A stretch of 63,712 nt of DNA, the filler included. It is 7 parts of 7 records of this genome, joined end to end, with 100 filler letters (N's around TTAATTAATTAA, not from the genome) between each part and the next. Parts side by side here need not be neighbours in the genome. Positions count along the whole stretch, not along the records: positions 44,188 to 51,420 come from SRR20825010_1592; positions 51,521 to 55,598 come from SRR20825010_1597; positions 55,699 to 60,523 come from SRR20825010_1602; 4 more parts are not named here. The stretch is one strand, 5' to 3'. The position numbers and the translations under genes are program-made. The notes under the pieces are model-generated. The model worked only from the letters and a program-made list of their open reading frames with translations. It had not been told where the DNA came from and made no database searches. Positions 50,488 to 60,623 of this stretch are shown here, in pieces; position 1 is the stretch's first letter, and the number at the start of each line of letters is the position of its first letter.

Positions 50488-50625
50488 GGCGGCATTATAC
50501 GACGGCTCAAAGCCTTCCTAGAATCGGGAGTTCGTGGCCCGACACCCCCGGGCCCGCCAGTCCGACGAATCGACGCCACGGGGGGCCGGGCGACACGAGA
50601 GCCACACGCAAGAGAGGTCTCATCC

Positions 50626-51420
50626 ATGAAGCCGACCACCCAATGGACCAAGGGCGAGCTGCTCGCCAACCCCATCAGGCACATCGACATCACCAAGTTC
50701 GACGCCCGCCCGGTCGTCACCAGCTACCGCGAGATGGCCTACACCGCCCGCACCCTCGCCCGCGCCTCCGACATCTACTCCCAGATGCTCGCAGACAAAG
50801 ACTGCGCCGTCATCCTGACCCTCGCCGGCTCGCTGGTCTCCGCCGGCCTCAAGAAGGCCCTGATGACCCTCGTTGAGCACAACATGGTCGACGCCATCGT
50901 CTCCACCGGCGCCAACATCGTTGATCAGGACTTCTTCGAGGGCCTCGGCTTCAAGCACTACATGGCCCCCGGCTCGCCCGAGGCCCCGCCCGTCGACGAC
51001 ACCACCCTCCGCAACCTCATGATCGACCGCATCTACGACACCTACATCGACGAGGACGAGCTGCGCGAGTGCGACGACACCACGCAGAAGATCTTCGACG
51101 CCCTCCCCGCCGGGGCCTACTCCTCGCGCGAACTCATCGAGGCGATGGGCAAGTACCTCGCCGACAACCACCCGGACGCCGAATCCCTCGTCGCCACCTG
51201 CCACCGCAAGGGCGTCCCCATCTTCTGCCCCGCCTTCAGCGACTGCTCCGCCGGCTTCGGCCTCGTGCTCCACCGCGTCGAGCGCGCAGAACAGGGCAAG
51301 GAACCCATCACCGTCGACTCCGGCAAAGACTTCCACGAGGTCACCCAGATCAAGCTCGCCCACCCCGAGAGCGGCCTGCTCATGCTCGGCGGCGGCGTGC
51401 CGAAAAACTTCGCCCAGGAC
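50626..51420 (+). CDS. deoxyhypusine synthase-like (homospermidine biosynthesis) protein, 3' truncated
   Basis: DAIVSTGAN, IDRIYDTYI.E, PIFCPAFSD and GGGVPKNF motifs. Confidence 0.9.
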
Positions 51421-51520
51421 NNNNNNNNNNNNNNNNNNNNNNNNNNNNNNNNNNNNNNNNNNNNTTAATTAATTAANNNNNNNNNNNNNNNNNNNNNNNN
51501 NNNNNNNNNNNNNNNNNNNN
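51421..51520. other. artificial contig spacer
   Basis: N-run + TTAATTAATTAA + N-run. Confidence 0.98.
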
Positions 51521-51955
51521 CAGCGGGTTCTTGATCTCATGCGCCAGCATTTCCGCCATGCCGATGGCCGATTTTGCCGCCGATTTGACCGAATGGCTTT
51601 GCGTCATGCGCCCGGCCAGTTCACGCGGACTGATCAGCATGATCATCCAGCCCGGCTTGTCCGTCAGCGGTGCGATTTGCAGATTACAGACCAATGGTGG
51701 GCGGTTGCCGGTGCCGACGTCGACGTCATTCACAAATAGCGGCGTGCCCTGTTCGCGGGCACGCGCGAAACTTTCCTCCAGCGGTGCGTCAACCGCCAGC
51801 CGGTCCCAGATTGGCTGCCCGGTCAACCACTTGGCCGAGTTATTCATGAACCCTTCGGCGGCCGGGTTCAGATCGCCGATCTGGTCATTCTCGTCGATCA
51901 GGATTGCCGGAACTGGCAGTGACGACCAGATATTCGTGTCCAGTTCGCCCATCAC
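51521..51955 (-). CDS. ntrB: nitrogen-regulation sensor kinase, 5' part
   Basis: PAS domain, then GMAEMLAHEIKNPL H-box; directly downstream of dusB. Confidence 0.9.
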
Positions 51956-52932
51956 GCGACCTCCGCCTCGGCGCTCAGCGCCTCTGGCAGCAGGCTCAGG
52001 ACGGCACGCGTGTCCCGTTCAGTCAGCAGGCGTTTGCGCAACGTTGGCGGCGTGTTGGCGGCATCCATGTACCATCCCAGATGTTTGCGCGCGACACGGT
52101 TGCCCAGAGTGGCCCCGTAGAAGTCCAGCATGGCCTCATAGTGTCCGCAGACCATATCGATCAACGCACGGCCCCGGGGCACGTCCGGTTTTGGTGCGCC
52201 GTACAGGGCATGGGCAACTTGCGCCAACCGCCAAGGGGCCCCTTGCGCCCCGCGTCCGATCATGACGCCATCCGCCCCGGACAGGCGCAGCGCATCTTTG
52301 GCAGCGGAGGCGTCAACGACATCTCCGTTTGCAATTACAGGCACTTGCACAGCGCTCTTCACCTCATTTATGGCGGCCCAGTTGGCCGCACCCTTGTAAA
52401 ACTGACAGCGCGTGCGGCCATGAATGACGATCATCCTGACGCCTGCACCTTCGGCCCGGCGCGCCAGATCCGGCGCGTTCAAACAGTCCACATCCCAGCC
52501 AAGCCGCGTCTTTAGCGTCACTGGTAAATCCACCGCCGCAACAACCGCCTCTATCAGGCGCAGCGCGTGATCCGGCGCCCGCATCAGCGCCGACCCGGAC
52601 CATCCGCCGGTGACCTTCTTCGCCGGGCACCCCATGTTGATGTCGATCACCCGCGCACCCATATCGGCCACCCGGCGCGCCGCCTCTGCCATCGGTCCCG
52701 CCTCTCGACCGGCGATCTGCACCGACGTATTCTCTATCTGCGCGCCCAGTTCGGCCTTTTCCCGTGTGCCGGGGCGCGCGGTCAGAAATTCGCCGCTGGC
52801 GATCATCTCGGAAACGACAAGACCGGCGCCAAAGCGCGAAACAAGTGTGCGAAACGGCAGATCGGTGATTCCCGCCAGCGGTGCCAGCAAAACAGGAACG
52901 GTGATCTGCCGATCTCCAAGATCAAAGCCCAA
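51952..52932 (-). CDS. dusB: tRNA dihydrouridine synthase (NifR3-type)
   Basis: LAPLAGITD, DINMGCP, HGRTR and ANGD motifs; probable TTG start at 52932 with AAGGA upstream. Confidence 0.93.
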   Translation of the reverse strand: MGFDLGDRQITVPVLLAPLAGITDLPFRTLVSRFGAGLVVSEMIASGEFLTARPGTREKAELGAQIENTSVQIAGREAGPMAEAARRVADMGARVIDINMGCPAKKVTGGWSGSALMRAPDHALRLIEAVVAAVDLPVTLKTRLGWDVDCLNAPDLARRAEGAGVRMIVIHGRTRCQFYKGAANWAAINEVKSAVQVPVIANGDVVDASAAKDALRLSGADGVMIGRGAQGAPWRLAQVAHALYGAPKPDVPRGRALIDMVCGHYEAMLDFYGATLGNRVARKHLGWYMDAANTPPTLRKRLLTERDTRAVLSLLPEALSAEAEVA

Positions 52933-53015
52933 ATGCCCAGTCCTTGTGCAATGGCGAGCGTGTGCCCTCTGATCGTCAGATTTATGGGAAAACAGCGTTT
53001 TCCACAATCGGTCAG

Positions 53016-53061
53016 GCCCTTTTTCCGGGCGCATCCCCGCTATGCGCACAAAAAACAGGCA
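53016..53061. promoter_or_regulatory. tandem NtrC-like binding sites upstream of dusB-ntrB
   Basis: GCCC-TTTTTCC-GGGC (53016) and GCAC-AAAAAAC-AGGC (53046), 30 nt apart. Confidence 0.5.
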
Positions 53062-53129
53062 CACACTCCGACTGATTGCGCCATGGCCCGTCAAGGCCTA
53101 TGACAAAGAGCGAAAACGACGGGCAGGCC

Positions 53130-54260
53130 ATGAACACTGGGATCATCATCGTCGCCGCAGGCCGTGGCACGCGGGCTGGCGGGGAACTTCCGAAACAATG
53201 GCAATGCGTTGGCGGCCAACCCGTGGCGCGCTGGACGCTTGCGGCCTTTGCCGGGCGCGGGCCGATCGTCATGGTGATCCACCCCGACGACAGAGCCGAG
53301 GCCGAGGCAGCGGCGCAGGGACTGGATGTGCGGCTCGTTTCGGGGGGCGCAGAGCGGGCCGCATCTGTGCTGGCGGGGCTAGAGGCATTGGCGGATTTCG
53401 CGCTAGACAAGGTGCTGATCCATGACGTGGCGCGCCCTTGCGTGACTGCCACCGTCATAGAGGCGGTTCTGGCGGCGCTGGACACCCATGCGGGCGCGGC
53501 CCCGGCGCTGGCCGTTACGGATGCGCTGTGGACCGGCGATGCAGGGCAGGTATCGGGGACACAAGACCGCACCGGGCTGTTCCGCGCGCAGACCCCGCAA
53601 GGGTTTGATTTCGCACAAATCCTGTCCGCTCATCGCGCCCATACTGGCGGTGCGGCAGATGATGTGGCCGTGGCCCGTGCGGCGGGCATGACAGTGGCCA
53701 TCGTACCCGGCGACGAGGCCAACCTGAAAATCACCGAAGCGGGGGATTTTTCCCGTGCTGCCAAACAGTTGCGAGGGAATATGGATGTAAGGCTGGGCAA
53801 TGGGTTCGACGTGCACGCGTTTGAGGACGGTGACCATGTCATGCTCTGCGGCGTCGCCGTCCCGCACACGCACAAGCTCAAAGGGCATTCTGATGCCGAT
53901 GTGGGCATGCACGCGGTTACGGACGCCCTTTACGGTGCGCTGGCCGAGGGCGACATCGGACGGCACTTTCCTCCCTCCGATCCGAAGTGGAAGGGCGCCG
54001 AGAGTGCGATTTTCCTGCGTCATGCGGTCAATCTGGCCCGCGACCGTGGCTATGCAATCGGCAACATCGACCTGACGCTGATCTGCGAGCGACCAAAGAT
54101 CGGCCCACATGCCGCTGAAATGACATCGAAAATGGCAGATATCATGGATTTGGACAGCAGCCGCATATCGATCAAGGCCACCACGTCAGAACAGTTGGGC
54201 TTTACCGGACGCAAAGAAGGCATCGCCGCGCTGGCCACTGCAACACTGGTGTCCTCATGA
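53130..54260 (+). CDS. ispDF: bifunctional IspD/IspF
   Basis: AAGRGTR..PKQ, HDVARP and QTPQGF, then [22 protein letters not shown] and KATTSE. Confidence 0.96.
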   Translation: MNTGIIIVAAGRGTRAGGELPKQWQCVGGQPVARWTLAAFAGRGPIVMVIHPDDRAEAEAAAQGLDVRLVSGGAERAASVLAGLEALADFALDKVLIHDVARPCVTATVIEAVLAALDTHAGAAPALAVTDALWTGDAGQVSGTQDRTGLFRAQTPQGFDFAQILSAHRAHTGGAADDVAVARAAGMTVAIVPGDEANLKITEAGDFSRAAKQLRGNMDVRLGNGFDVHAFEDGDHVMLCGVAVPHTHKLKGHSDADVGMHAVTDALYGALAEGDIGRHFPPSDPKWKGAESAIFLRHAVNLARDRGYAIGNIDLTLICERPKIGPHAAEMTSKMADIMDLDSSRISIKATTSEQLGFTGRKEGIAALATATLVSS

Positions 54261-54742
54261 GGTGGCTGGCCTCTGTCGGCGGTGTTGGATATCTGCGCCC
54301 CGCGCCGGGCACATGGGGCTCTTTGGCAGCGCTGCCGCTGGCCTACGGCGTGCACATGATTGGCGGCTTCTGGCTGTTGCTGGTGTTGACCATCGCCGCC
54401 TTCGGGTTGGGGTGGCTTGCGGTGATCAAACTGACAGCCGACGGTCACGGCGAAGATCCGTCATGGGTCGTTGTCGATGAACTGGTCGGCCAGTGGATCG
54501 CCCTGTTTCCAATCAGTTATGGAGCGATGCTGATGTCGGTTGATCTGTGGCGGCTATGGCCCGGCTGGATCGCGGGCTTTGTCCTGTTTCGGCTGTTCGA
54601 CATCTGGAAACCGTGGATCATTGGAGCTGTTGACCGTATGGGCACCCCATTGGGCGTTATGCTAGACGACGTGCTGGCGGGGATCCTCGCCGCGATGATC
54701 ACCGTTGTGCTGGCCGGGATCTCACATGGGATGCTGATGTGA
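54257..54742 (+). CDS. pgpA: phosphatidylglycerophosphatase A
   Basis: [25 protein letters not shown] and GVMLDD motifs. Confidence 0.93.
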   Translation: MRWLASVGGVGYLRPAPGTWGSLAALPLAYGVHMIGGFWLLLVLTIAAFGLGWLAVIKLTADGHGEDPSWVVVDELVGQWIALFPISYGAMLMSVDLWRLWPGWIAGFVLFRLFDIWKPWIIGAVDRMGTPLGVMLDDVLAGILAAMITVVLAGISHGMLM

Positions 54743-55206
54743 CGATCGCGCAGCACATCGTCGAGAAGGCGACACAAACCGGCCAGACCGTCACCACCGC
54801 CGAAAGCTGTACCGGCGGCATGGTCGCCGCCGCGATCACCGATATTGCCGGATCTTCCGCTGCGTTTGAACGCGGCTTTGTCACCTACTCCAATCTGGCA
54901 AAGACCGAAATGCTGGGCGTGTCGCCCGCCACGCTGGAAGCGCATGGCGCGGTGTCGGAAGAGGTCGTGCGCGAAATGGCCATGGGCGCGCGGGGGGCGG
55001 CGCGGGCGGACGTGGCGGTGGCGATTAGCGGGATTGCCGGTCCCGGCGGGTCTGAATTCAAACCCGAGGGGCGGGTTTGCTACGGGCTGGCGACGGCCAA
55101 TGGCGTCACAACCCAGACCATCGATCATGGCGCCCTGGGTCGCGCAGAGGTGCGCGCGGCGGCACGGGACCACGCGTTGCGCCTGTTGATGTCGGGGCTT
55201 GGCTGA
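54739..55206 (+). CDS. CinA/PncC-family NMN amidohydrolase
   Basis: AESCTGG, GFVTYSN, HGAVS and SGIAGPGG motifs. Confidence 0.92.
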   Translation: MTIAQHIVEKATQTGQTVTTAESCTGGMVAAAITDIAGSSAAFERGFVTYSNLAKTEMLGVSPATLEAHGAVSEEVVREMAMGARGAARADVAVAISGIAGPGGSEFKPEGRVCYGLATANGVTTQTIDHGALGRAEVRAAARDHALRLLMSGLG

Positions 55207-55279
55207 ACCAAACGGCTCTGGACGGGTCGGGACACTGGTCAGAGCGCGCACCTACCAGCAGCGCAAGCGACTCAATCAC

Positions 55280-55325
55280 GCTCAATTTATCCGCATTCGC
55301 GATTTTTTACGCACAAATCCGTTGC
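55280..55325. promoter_or_regulatory. tandem NtrC-like binding sites upstream of amtB
   Basis: GCTC-AATTTAT-CCGC (55280) and GCAC-AAATCCG-TTGC (55311), 31 nt apart. Confidence 0.4.
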
Positions 55326-55431
55326 TCTTTGTGAAATGCTGGCATTTTACGCCACTTCTCGACGTCTTGCTGCTTTTTTCCGCAATCAAAATCCGCTTCC
55401 TGCCTGCCAACCTAACGGAGGGATGAGGGAT

Positions 55432-55598
55432 ATGAACGGAGCGGATACCGCCTGGATCATCGTGGCGACGGCGCTGGTGCTGTTTATGACATTGCCGGGG
55501 CTGGCGCTTTTTTACGGCGGGCTTGTGCGGTCACGGAACGTGTTGAGCGTCTTTATGCAGTGCTACGCCATCGCCTGTCTGATGAGCGTGCTGTGGTT
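55432..55598 (+). CDS. amtB: ammonium transporter, 5' part
   Basis: DTAWIIVATALVLFMTLPGLALFYGGLVRSRNVLS. Confidence 0.93.
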
Positions 55599-55698
55599 NN
55601 NNNNNNNNNNNNNNNNNNNNNNNNNNNNNNNNNNNNNNNNNNTTAATTAATTAANNNNNNNNNNNNNNNNNNNNNNNNNNNNNNNNNNNNNNNNNNNN
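55599..55698. other. artificial contig spacer
   Basis: N-run + TTAATTAATTAA + N-run. Confidence 0.98.
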
Positions 55699-56163
55699 GA
55701 CAGGCCCTGCCTGTTCAAATCCATGTTGCCGATGGCGGCCAACAATACCGGTGATGAAAACGCCATCGAACACATCATCGAATATAACGACGGCAAAAAA
55801 GGCGTTCATCGCTATGCCCGCCTGAATGGCGACCGCATCACGGGTGCACTTTTTGTCGGCCCGGATCGCCCCGCCCTTGGCCGGGACTGGATATCGGCAC
55901 TGCTGGGCAATGATGCGATCAGCGGCCCGGAACGCAATGCGCTTCTGGCGGGCCGCATGCCCGATGCCGGGGCCATCAATGATCGTTTGATCTGTTCGTG
56001 CTTCTCGGTCGGACTGGCCGCCATCACCCGCGCCATCCATGACCAGAATGCGGTCAGCACCGCCGATATCGGTCGCCTGTTGCAAGCCGGAACCGGATGC
56101 GGCTCCTGCCTGCCCGAACTCAAGGAGATTCTTGATGACGCATTACCGCGTGCCGCAGAATAA
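55699..56163 (+). CDS. nasA: assimilatory nitrate reductase catalytic subunit, 3' end (BFD-like 2Fe-2S domain)
   Basis: ICSCFSVG...AGTGCGSCLPEL motif; followed by a siroheme synthase gene. Confidence 0.8.
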   Translation, partial: DRPCLFKSMLPMAANNTGDENAIEHIIEYNDGKKGVHRYARLNGDRITGALFVGPDRPALGRDWISALLGNDAISGPERNALLAGRMPDAGAINDRLICSCFSVGLAAITRAIHDQNAVSTADIGRLLQAGTGCGSCLPELKEILDDALPRAAE

Positions 56164-57154
56164 GCAGCAGTATAAAACGGCCAAACCCGAAAACCTGTAT
56201 GGTCCTGAAACGGAAAACCGGGAAACCTTCCCCTTCTTCCCGGCCTTCGTCCATGTCACCGGTAAAAAGGTGGTGATACTGGGCGGGGGCGAGGTCGCGG
56301 CGGGCAAACTCCGCCTTTTGCTGCGTAGTCAGGCCGACATTACCGTCATCGCCCCGGAACTGTGCACCGACATCGCAACGATGGTCGATACCGGCGCGAT
56401 CCGTTGGGAAGCAGCCCCGTTTGTCGACACCATGCTAAATGGTGCGGTGATGATCTTTGATGCCGCCGATGACATGCATCTGACCCGCCGGGTCAAACTC
56501 GCGGCCAAACGGCGCAACATCCTTTTGAATGTCGTCGACAAGACCGAACATTGCGATTTCATCGTGCCAGCAATCCTTGACCGGGCACCGGTGATGGTCA
56601 CGATCTCGACGGGCGGCTGCGCCCCGGCACTGGCTCGCATCATCCGCCAACGCCTTGAAACCACCCTGCCCGCCTCGATGTCACAACTGGCAAGCCTCGC
56701 CCGCAGCGCGCGCCGTCGCGTTGCCGCCCACCTGCCCGACAATGTCGCAAGACAACGGTTCTGGACACATTTTTTCCAGAACGGTTTGCAGGACACCCAC
56801 CTGACGCAAAGCACCCCGCAGGATCTTGACGCCGCCCTGACCCGCTTCGTCCCCGAAGGCAGTTCCGCCACCGTTCCGGGCGGTCAGATCCTGCATGCCG
56901 ATGTAACGGCCGACAATGCCTTTGACCTTGCCCACGGCATTGCACGCGCGATCGAAACATCCGACATCATCTTCCACGTGCCTGGCATCGCGCCCGACAT
57001 CCTGGGCCTCGCCCGCCGCGACGCCACCGTGATCGAACTCGAAAGCAGCGGCGATGACGGAAACATTGATGACGACGCCCGCGAACGCCTGAAACACCAG
57101 GCCGCCTTTTTCGCCCGCCAAGGCAGCAATATCACCTGCCTTTATCGTAATTAG
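56135..57154 (+). CDS. precorrin-2 dehydrogenase/ferrochelatase (CysG N-terminal part) with degenerate methyltransferase remnant
   Basis: GGGEVAAGK, NVVD...CDF..PA and ISTGG.APALAR motifs; short tail lacks GAGPGD. Confidence 0.85.
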   Translation: MTHYRVPQNKQQYKTAKPENLYGPETENRETFPFFPAFVHVTGKKVVILGGGEVAAGKLRLLLRSQADITVIAPELCTDIATMVDTGAIRWEAAPFVDTMLNGAVMIFDAADDMHLTRRVKLAAKRRNILLNVVDKTEHCDFIVPAILDRAPVMVTISTGGCAPALARIIRQRLETTLPASMSQLASLARSARRRVAAHLPDNVARQRFWTHFFQNGLQDTHLTQSTPQDLDAALTRFVPEGSSATVPGGQILHADVTADNAFDLAHGIARAIETSDIIFHVPGIAPDILGLARRDATVIELESSGDDGNIDDDARERLKHQAAFFARQGSNITCLYRN

Positions 57155-58098
57155 GCCGCATGTAACCGTTCCAGATACCCCGGCATCGCATCACGCACCG
57201 ATCCCATCAGGATATCGGCCAGCCGCCGCACGATATCGCTTGGCTCGCTCTCAGAACCCAAAAGGTTAAGGTCAAGCGACGGCAGGGCCGGAAGCCCCCC
57301 ATCAATGACACGAAGATTGGCGGGCAATCCGATCGGTGTCCGCACCATGACGCCAAGCCCGGCCGCGGTTGCCGCCCACAACCCGCCAAGACTGGGACTG
57401 ACGAACGCCATCCGCCACGCAACCCCGGCCCGATCAAGCGCCGTTGTCGCGCAATCGCGTAACAGGCAGGGAGGCTCGAACGCAACAAGCGGCAGGGGAT
57501 CACCGCCTAAAGTCATCTGCCGCCCCCCTACATCATCCGGGGCCAGAAACGCGCCCCCGTCTTGCCCCGCTGCCGTGATCCAGCACATCGGGACTTCGGC
57601 AATACGGGCAATATAGGGTGCGGATGCTCTATCCATCCCCGGCTGCCCCCATGTCAGCGCCAGATCAATCTGCCCCTTTTCGATCCGCTCGATCAAATCG
57701 GCATTACGGCCAACCCGTGCCTCGATCCGCACTTTGGGATGGGCGCGGGCAAACTGCCCCAAAATGGCGGGCAAAAGCGCTTCACCAAAATCTTCCTGCA
57801 AACCCAGCCTGACCCAGCCCTCAAGGTCCGCACCATGCAGGGCGGTTGCCGCCTCGTCATTCAGGTCAAGCAAACGGCGCGCATAAGACAGCATGGTTTG
57901 CCCGGCATCCGTCAGCGCCAGATTACGCCCCGCTTTGCGAAAGATCGCCGTGCCAGCCTGTTCTTCAAGCTTTTTCATCTGCGCGCTGACCGCCGATGTC
58001 GAACGGCCCAGACGATCCGCCGCACGCGCATAACTGCCAAGGTCCATGCCCGTCACGAAACTGCGTAGCACATCAAGATCAAAATTTACGCGCCGCAT
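57151..58098 (-). CDS. LysR-family regulator
   Basis: HTH GSYARAADRLGRSTSAVSAQMKKLE and substrate-binding domain. Confidence 0.93.
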   Translation of the reverse strand: MRRVNFDLDVLRSFVTGMDLGSYARAADRLGRSTSAVSAQMKKLEEQAGTAIFRKAGRNLALTDAGQTMLSYARRLLDLNDEAATALHGADLEGWVRLGLQEDFGEALLPAILGQFARAHPKVRIEARVGRNADLIERIEKGQIDLALTWGQPGMDRASAPYIARIAEVPMCWITAAGQDGGAFLAPDDVGGRQMTLGGDPLPLVAFEPPCLLRDCATTALDRAGVAWRMAFVSPSLGGLWAATAAGLGVMVRTPIGLPANLRVIDGGLPALPSLDLNLLGSESEPSDIVRRLADILMGSVRDAMPGYLERLHAA

Positions 58099-58215
58099 CT
58101 CTCAATCCTGTTTTTCCGGACTATTAATTCAAAATAATCTGATTTTCAGGATTAAATTGCGCTGCGATAAGGAACACGTCAAGTCCTTCCGCCACATGAT
58201 CCAAAGAGGCCCATC

Positions 58216-58608
58216 ATGCCCTTCACCCGTATCTCGCTTCGCAAAGGCAAATCAGCCGAATATCTGCGCGCCGTTTCCGATGCGCTGCATCAGGCCCTGA
58301 CGGAAACCTTTCACGTCCCCAAAGATGACCGGTTTCAGGTCATTCATCAGCATGACGCTGCCGAACTCGACTTTGACCCGAATTACCTTTCTGGCCTGCG
58401 CAGTGACGATTTCATCCTGTTTGCCATTACCGCAGGCAAGCCGCGCGACACGGCAACAAAACGGAATTTCTACAAACGCCTGACCGACCTGTTGGCGCAA
58501 AAAGCCGATATACGCCCCGCCGACGTCATGATCGTGATCACCACCACCGCCTACGAGGACTGGTCATTCGGGAACGGCGTAATGGCAACCGATATCGCCC
58601 AATCCTGA
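58216..58608 (+). CDS. tautomerase-family protein
   Basis: N-terminal Pro (MPFTRI), VPKDDRFQ and EDWSFGNG motifs. Confidence 0.88.
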   Translation: MPFTRISLRKGKSAEYLRAVSDALHQALTETFHVPKDDRFQVIHQHDAAELDFDPNYLSGLRSDDFILFAITAGKPRDTATKRNFYKRLTDLLAQKADIRPADVMIVITTTAYEDWSFGNGVMATDIAQS

Positions 58609-58648
58609 TCTTCACGGTTTGAAATCCCGAACGGAACGGAGGCCAAAA

Positions 58649-59092
58649 ATGCCCAAAGAAAATCCGCTGGGCGGACAGCACCATCGCGCGCCCGAACATA
58701 TGACAATTCGTCGCGCCAACACTAATATCAGCGCTGTGCCAGACGGCATTTCGACCGGCCCGTTTAAGGTAGAGCCCCTTTTGCAAAGCTCCATTGACGG
58801 CGAAAATACAGCCATGCGCGCAATTGTCGGCCCCGGTGTCATCACACACTGGCACAGCCATCCGCGCGGACAACTGCTTTATGTCCTCTCGGGAAAGGGG
58901 CGTGCCTGTGTTGAGGGCGGCGAAATCGTCGATCTTCATCCCGGCGACAGCATCTGGTTCGCTCCTCATGAACGCCACTGGCACGGTGCCACCGATGACA
59001 TGACTTTCAGCTATCTCAGCATTCAGGCAATCGCGGACGGCGCATCTGTCCACTGGTTTGATCCGGTTACCGTCAAGGAGTACGCATCATGA
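58649..59092 (+). CDS. cupin-domain protein
   Basis: THWHSHPRGQ.LYV..G and PGD.IWF...ERHWHGA motifs. Confidence 0.88.
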   Translation: MPKENPLGGQHHRAPEHMTIRRANTNISAVPDGISTGPFKVEPLLQSSIDGENTAMRAIVGPGVITHWHSHPRGQLLYVLSGKGRACVEGGEIVDLHPGDSIWFAPHERHWHGATDDMTFSYLSIQAIADGASVHWFDPVTVKEYAS

Positions 59093-59658
59093 TCGCCATG
59101 CAATACAGCTTCACCCTGCCTGCCGATTACGACATGACCATCATTGATCGCCGTATCTCGGAAAAAGGCCCGATGCTGGACGGTTTCGCGCATCTGAAAT
59201 TCAAAGCCTACCTATCGGCACGAAAATCAGATACCGCCACAGGCAATCAGGAAAACCTGTATGCACCGTTCTACGTCTGGAACGATCCACAGGGCATCAG
59301 CAACTTTCTCTGCGGCCCCGGTTTCACCGGTCTTACCCAATCCTTTGGCCGCCCATCGGCCAAGACATGGATCGTCTGGGATTGCGATCTGGAGGCAGAT
59401 TTCAAAAATGCCCGCTTCGCCAGCCGCATGACATCGGCAATCGCGCCCGGCACCAATCTTGAGTCACTTCGCACTATCATCGGAAAATCGACGCCCCCCG
59501 TGCAAAAGAATCTGGCCGGTATTGTCACCGGTTTTGATCCGACATGCTGGACACGCGTTGATTTTCGCCTGTGGTTTGATCTGCCTGCCCCGGAAACAGT
59601 CGGCAACGCGACGATCTATTCCATCGGCCATATGTCGCTCGGCCAAGATCAAACCTGA
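59089..59658 (+). CDS. DUF4865-family protein
   Basis: MIAMQYSFTLPADYDM..I..R, LKFKAYL and NLYAPFY.W motifs. Confidence 0.8.
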   Translation: MIAMQYSFTLPADYDMTIIDRRISEKGPMLDGFAHLKFKAYLSARKSDTATGNQENLYAPFYVWNDPQGISNFLCGPGFTGLTQSFGRPSAKTWIVWDCDLEADFKNARFASRMTSAIAPGTNLESLRTIIGKSTPPVQKNLAGIVTGFDPTCWTRVDFRLWFDLPAPETVGNATIYSIGHMSLGQDQT

Positions 59659-60523
59659 CGCGTTAAAAACCGCGCAAGCCCGTCCATCGCCCTGTGAATG
59701 CGGTCTTCCGATACCGCATAACAGGCGCGGATATGGCCTGCCCCCTCTGGCCCGAATGCATCACCGGGCGCAAGGCCGATACCCTCGGATAGCAAAAGAT
59801 CCTTGGCAAAGGAAAGCGTATCCTCAACCCCATCAACCCGGAAAAACGCATAAAACGCGCCGTCTGCTTCGGGCAGGTGGATGCGGTTCATGTCGCGCAA
59901 ACGTTCGATGATTGCCGCGCGTGCACGGCTATATCTGGCACGCGAGCCCGCAACAAATTCCTCGCCCTGCTCAAGCGCCACAATCCCCGCCTGCTGAATG
60001 AACCCCGCCGGACAGGACACATTGAATTCCATCAGCTTTTCAAGTTCACGGCCAACCCCCTTGGGTGCAGTGATCCAGCCCAGACGCCAGCCCGTCATCG
60101 CCCAGCTTTTGGAAAAACTGTTGATCACCATGATCCGCGTATCGTCGCTGACATAGGGAACAAATGACGGGGCCACATCCGATCCGTCATAGATCAGGCG
60201 CGCATAAACCTCATCCGCGATCAGCCAGATGCCCCGTTCGGTGGCAAATTCGACCAGCTTTTTCTGGTCCTCCGCGGGCATCACCCAGCCGGTCGGATTA
60301 TTCGGCGAATTGATCAGGATTGCACGCGTATCGGGCGCACAGGCGGCAATGAATTCATCGATATCAAGCTGCCAGCCGTCATTCCCGGACCGCAACGGCA
60401 CCGTTGTCACCTGCGTACCCAGAACCTTTGGCATGGCAACGATGTTGGGCCAGATCGGGGCTGTGGTCACCATCCTGTCGCCCGCCTTCAGGATCGACTG
60501 CATCGCAATCATCAGGGCATTTA
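59649..60523 (-). CDS. class I/II PLP-dependent aminotransferase, 5' truncated
   Basis: NSPNNPTG, DEVY and NSFSKSWAMTGWRLGW motifs. Confidence 0.92.
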
Positions 60524-60623
60524 NNNNNNNNNNNNNNNNNNNNNNNNNNNNNNNNNNNNNNNNNNNNTTAATTAATTAANNNNNNNNNNNNNNNNNNNNN
60601 NNNNNNNNNNNNNNNNNNNNNNN
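60524..60623. other. artificial contig spacer
   Basis: N-run + TTAATTAATTAA + N-run. Confidence 0.98.

Noticed and set aside
18705-60623. Six copies of TTAATTAATTAA inside N-runs, and abrupt GC shifts across them
   Set aside because: Artificial six-frame-stop linkers joining unrelated contigs; not repeats, island borders or horizontal transfer. No gene context was inferred across them.
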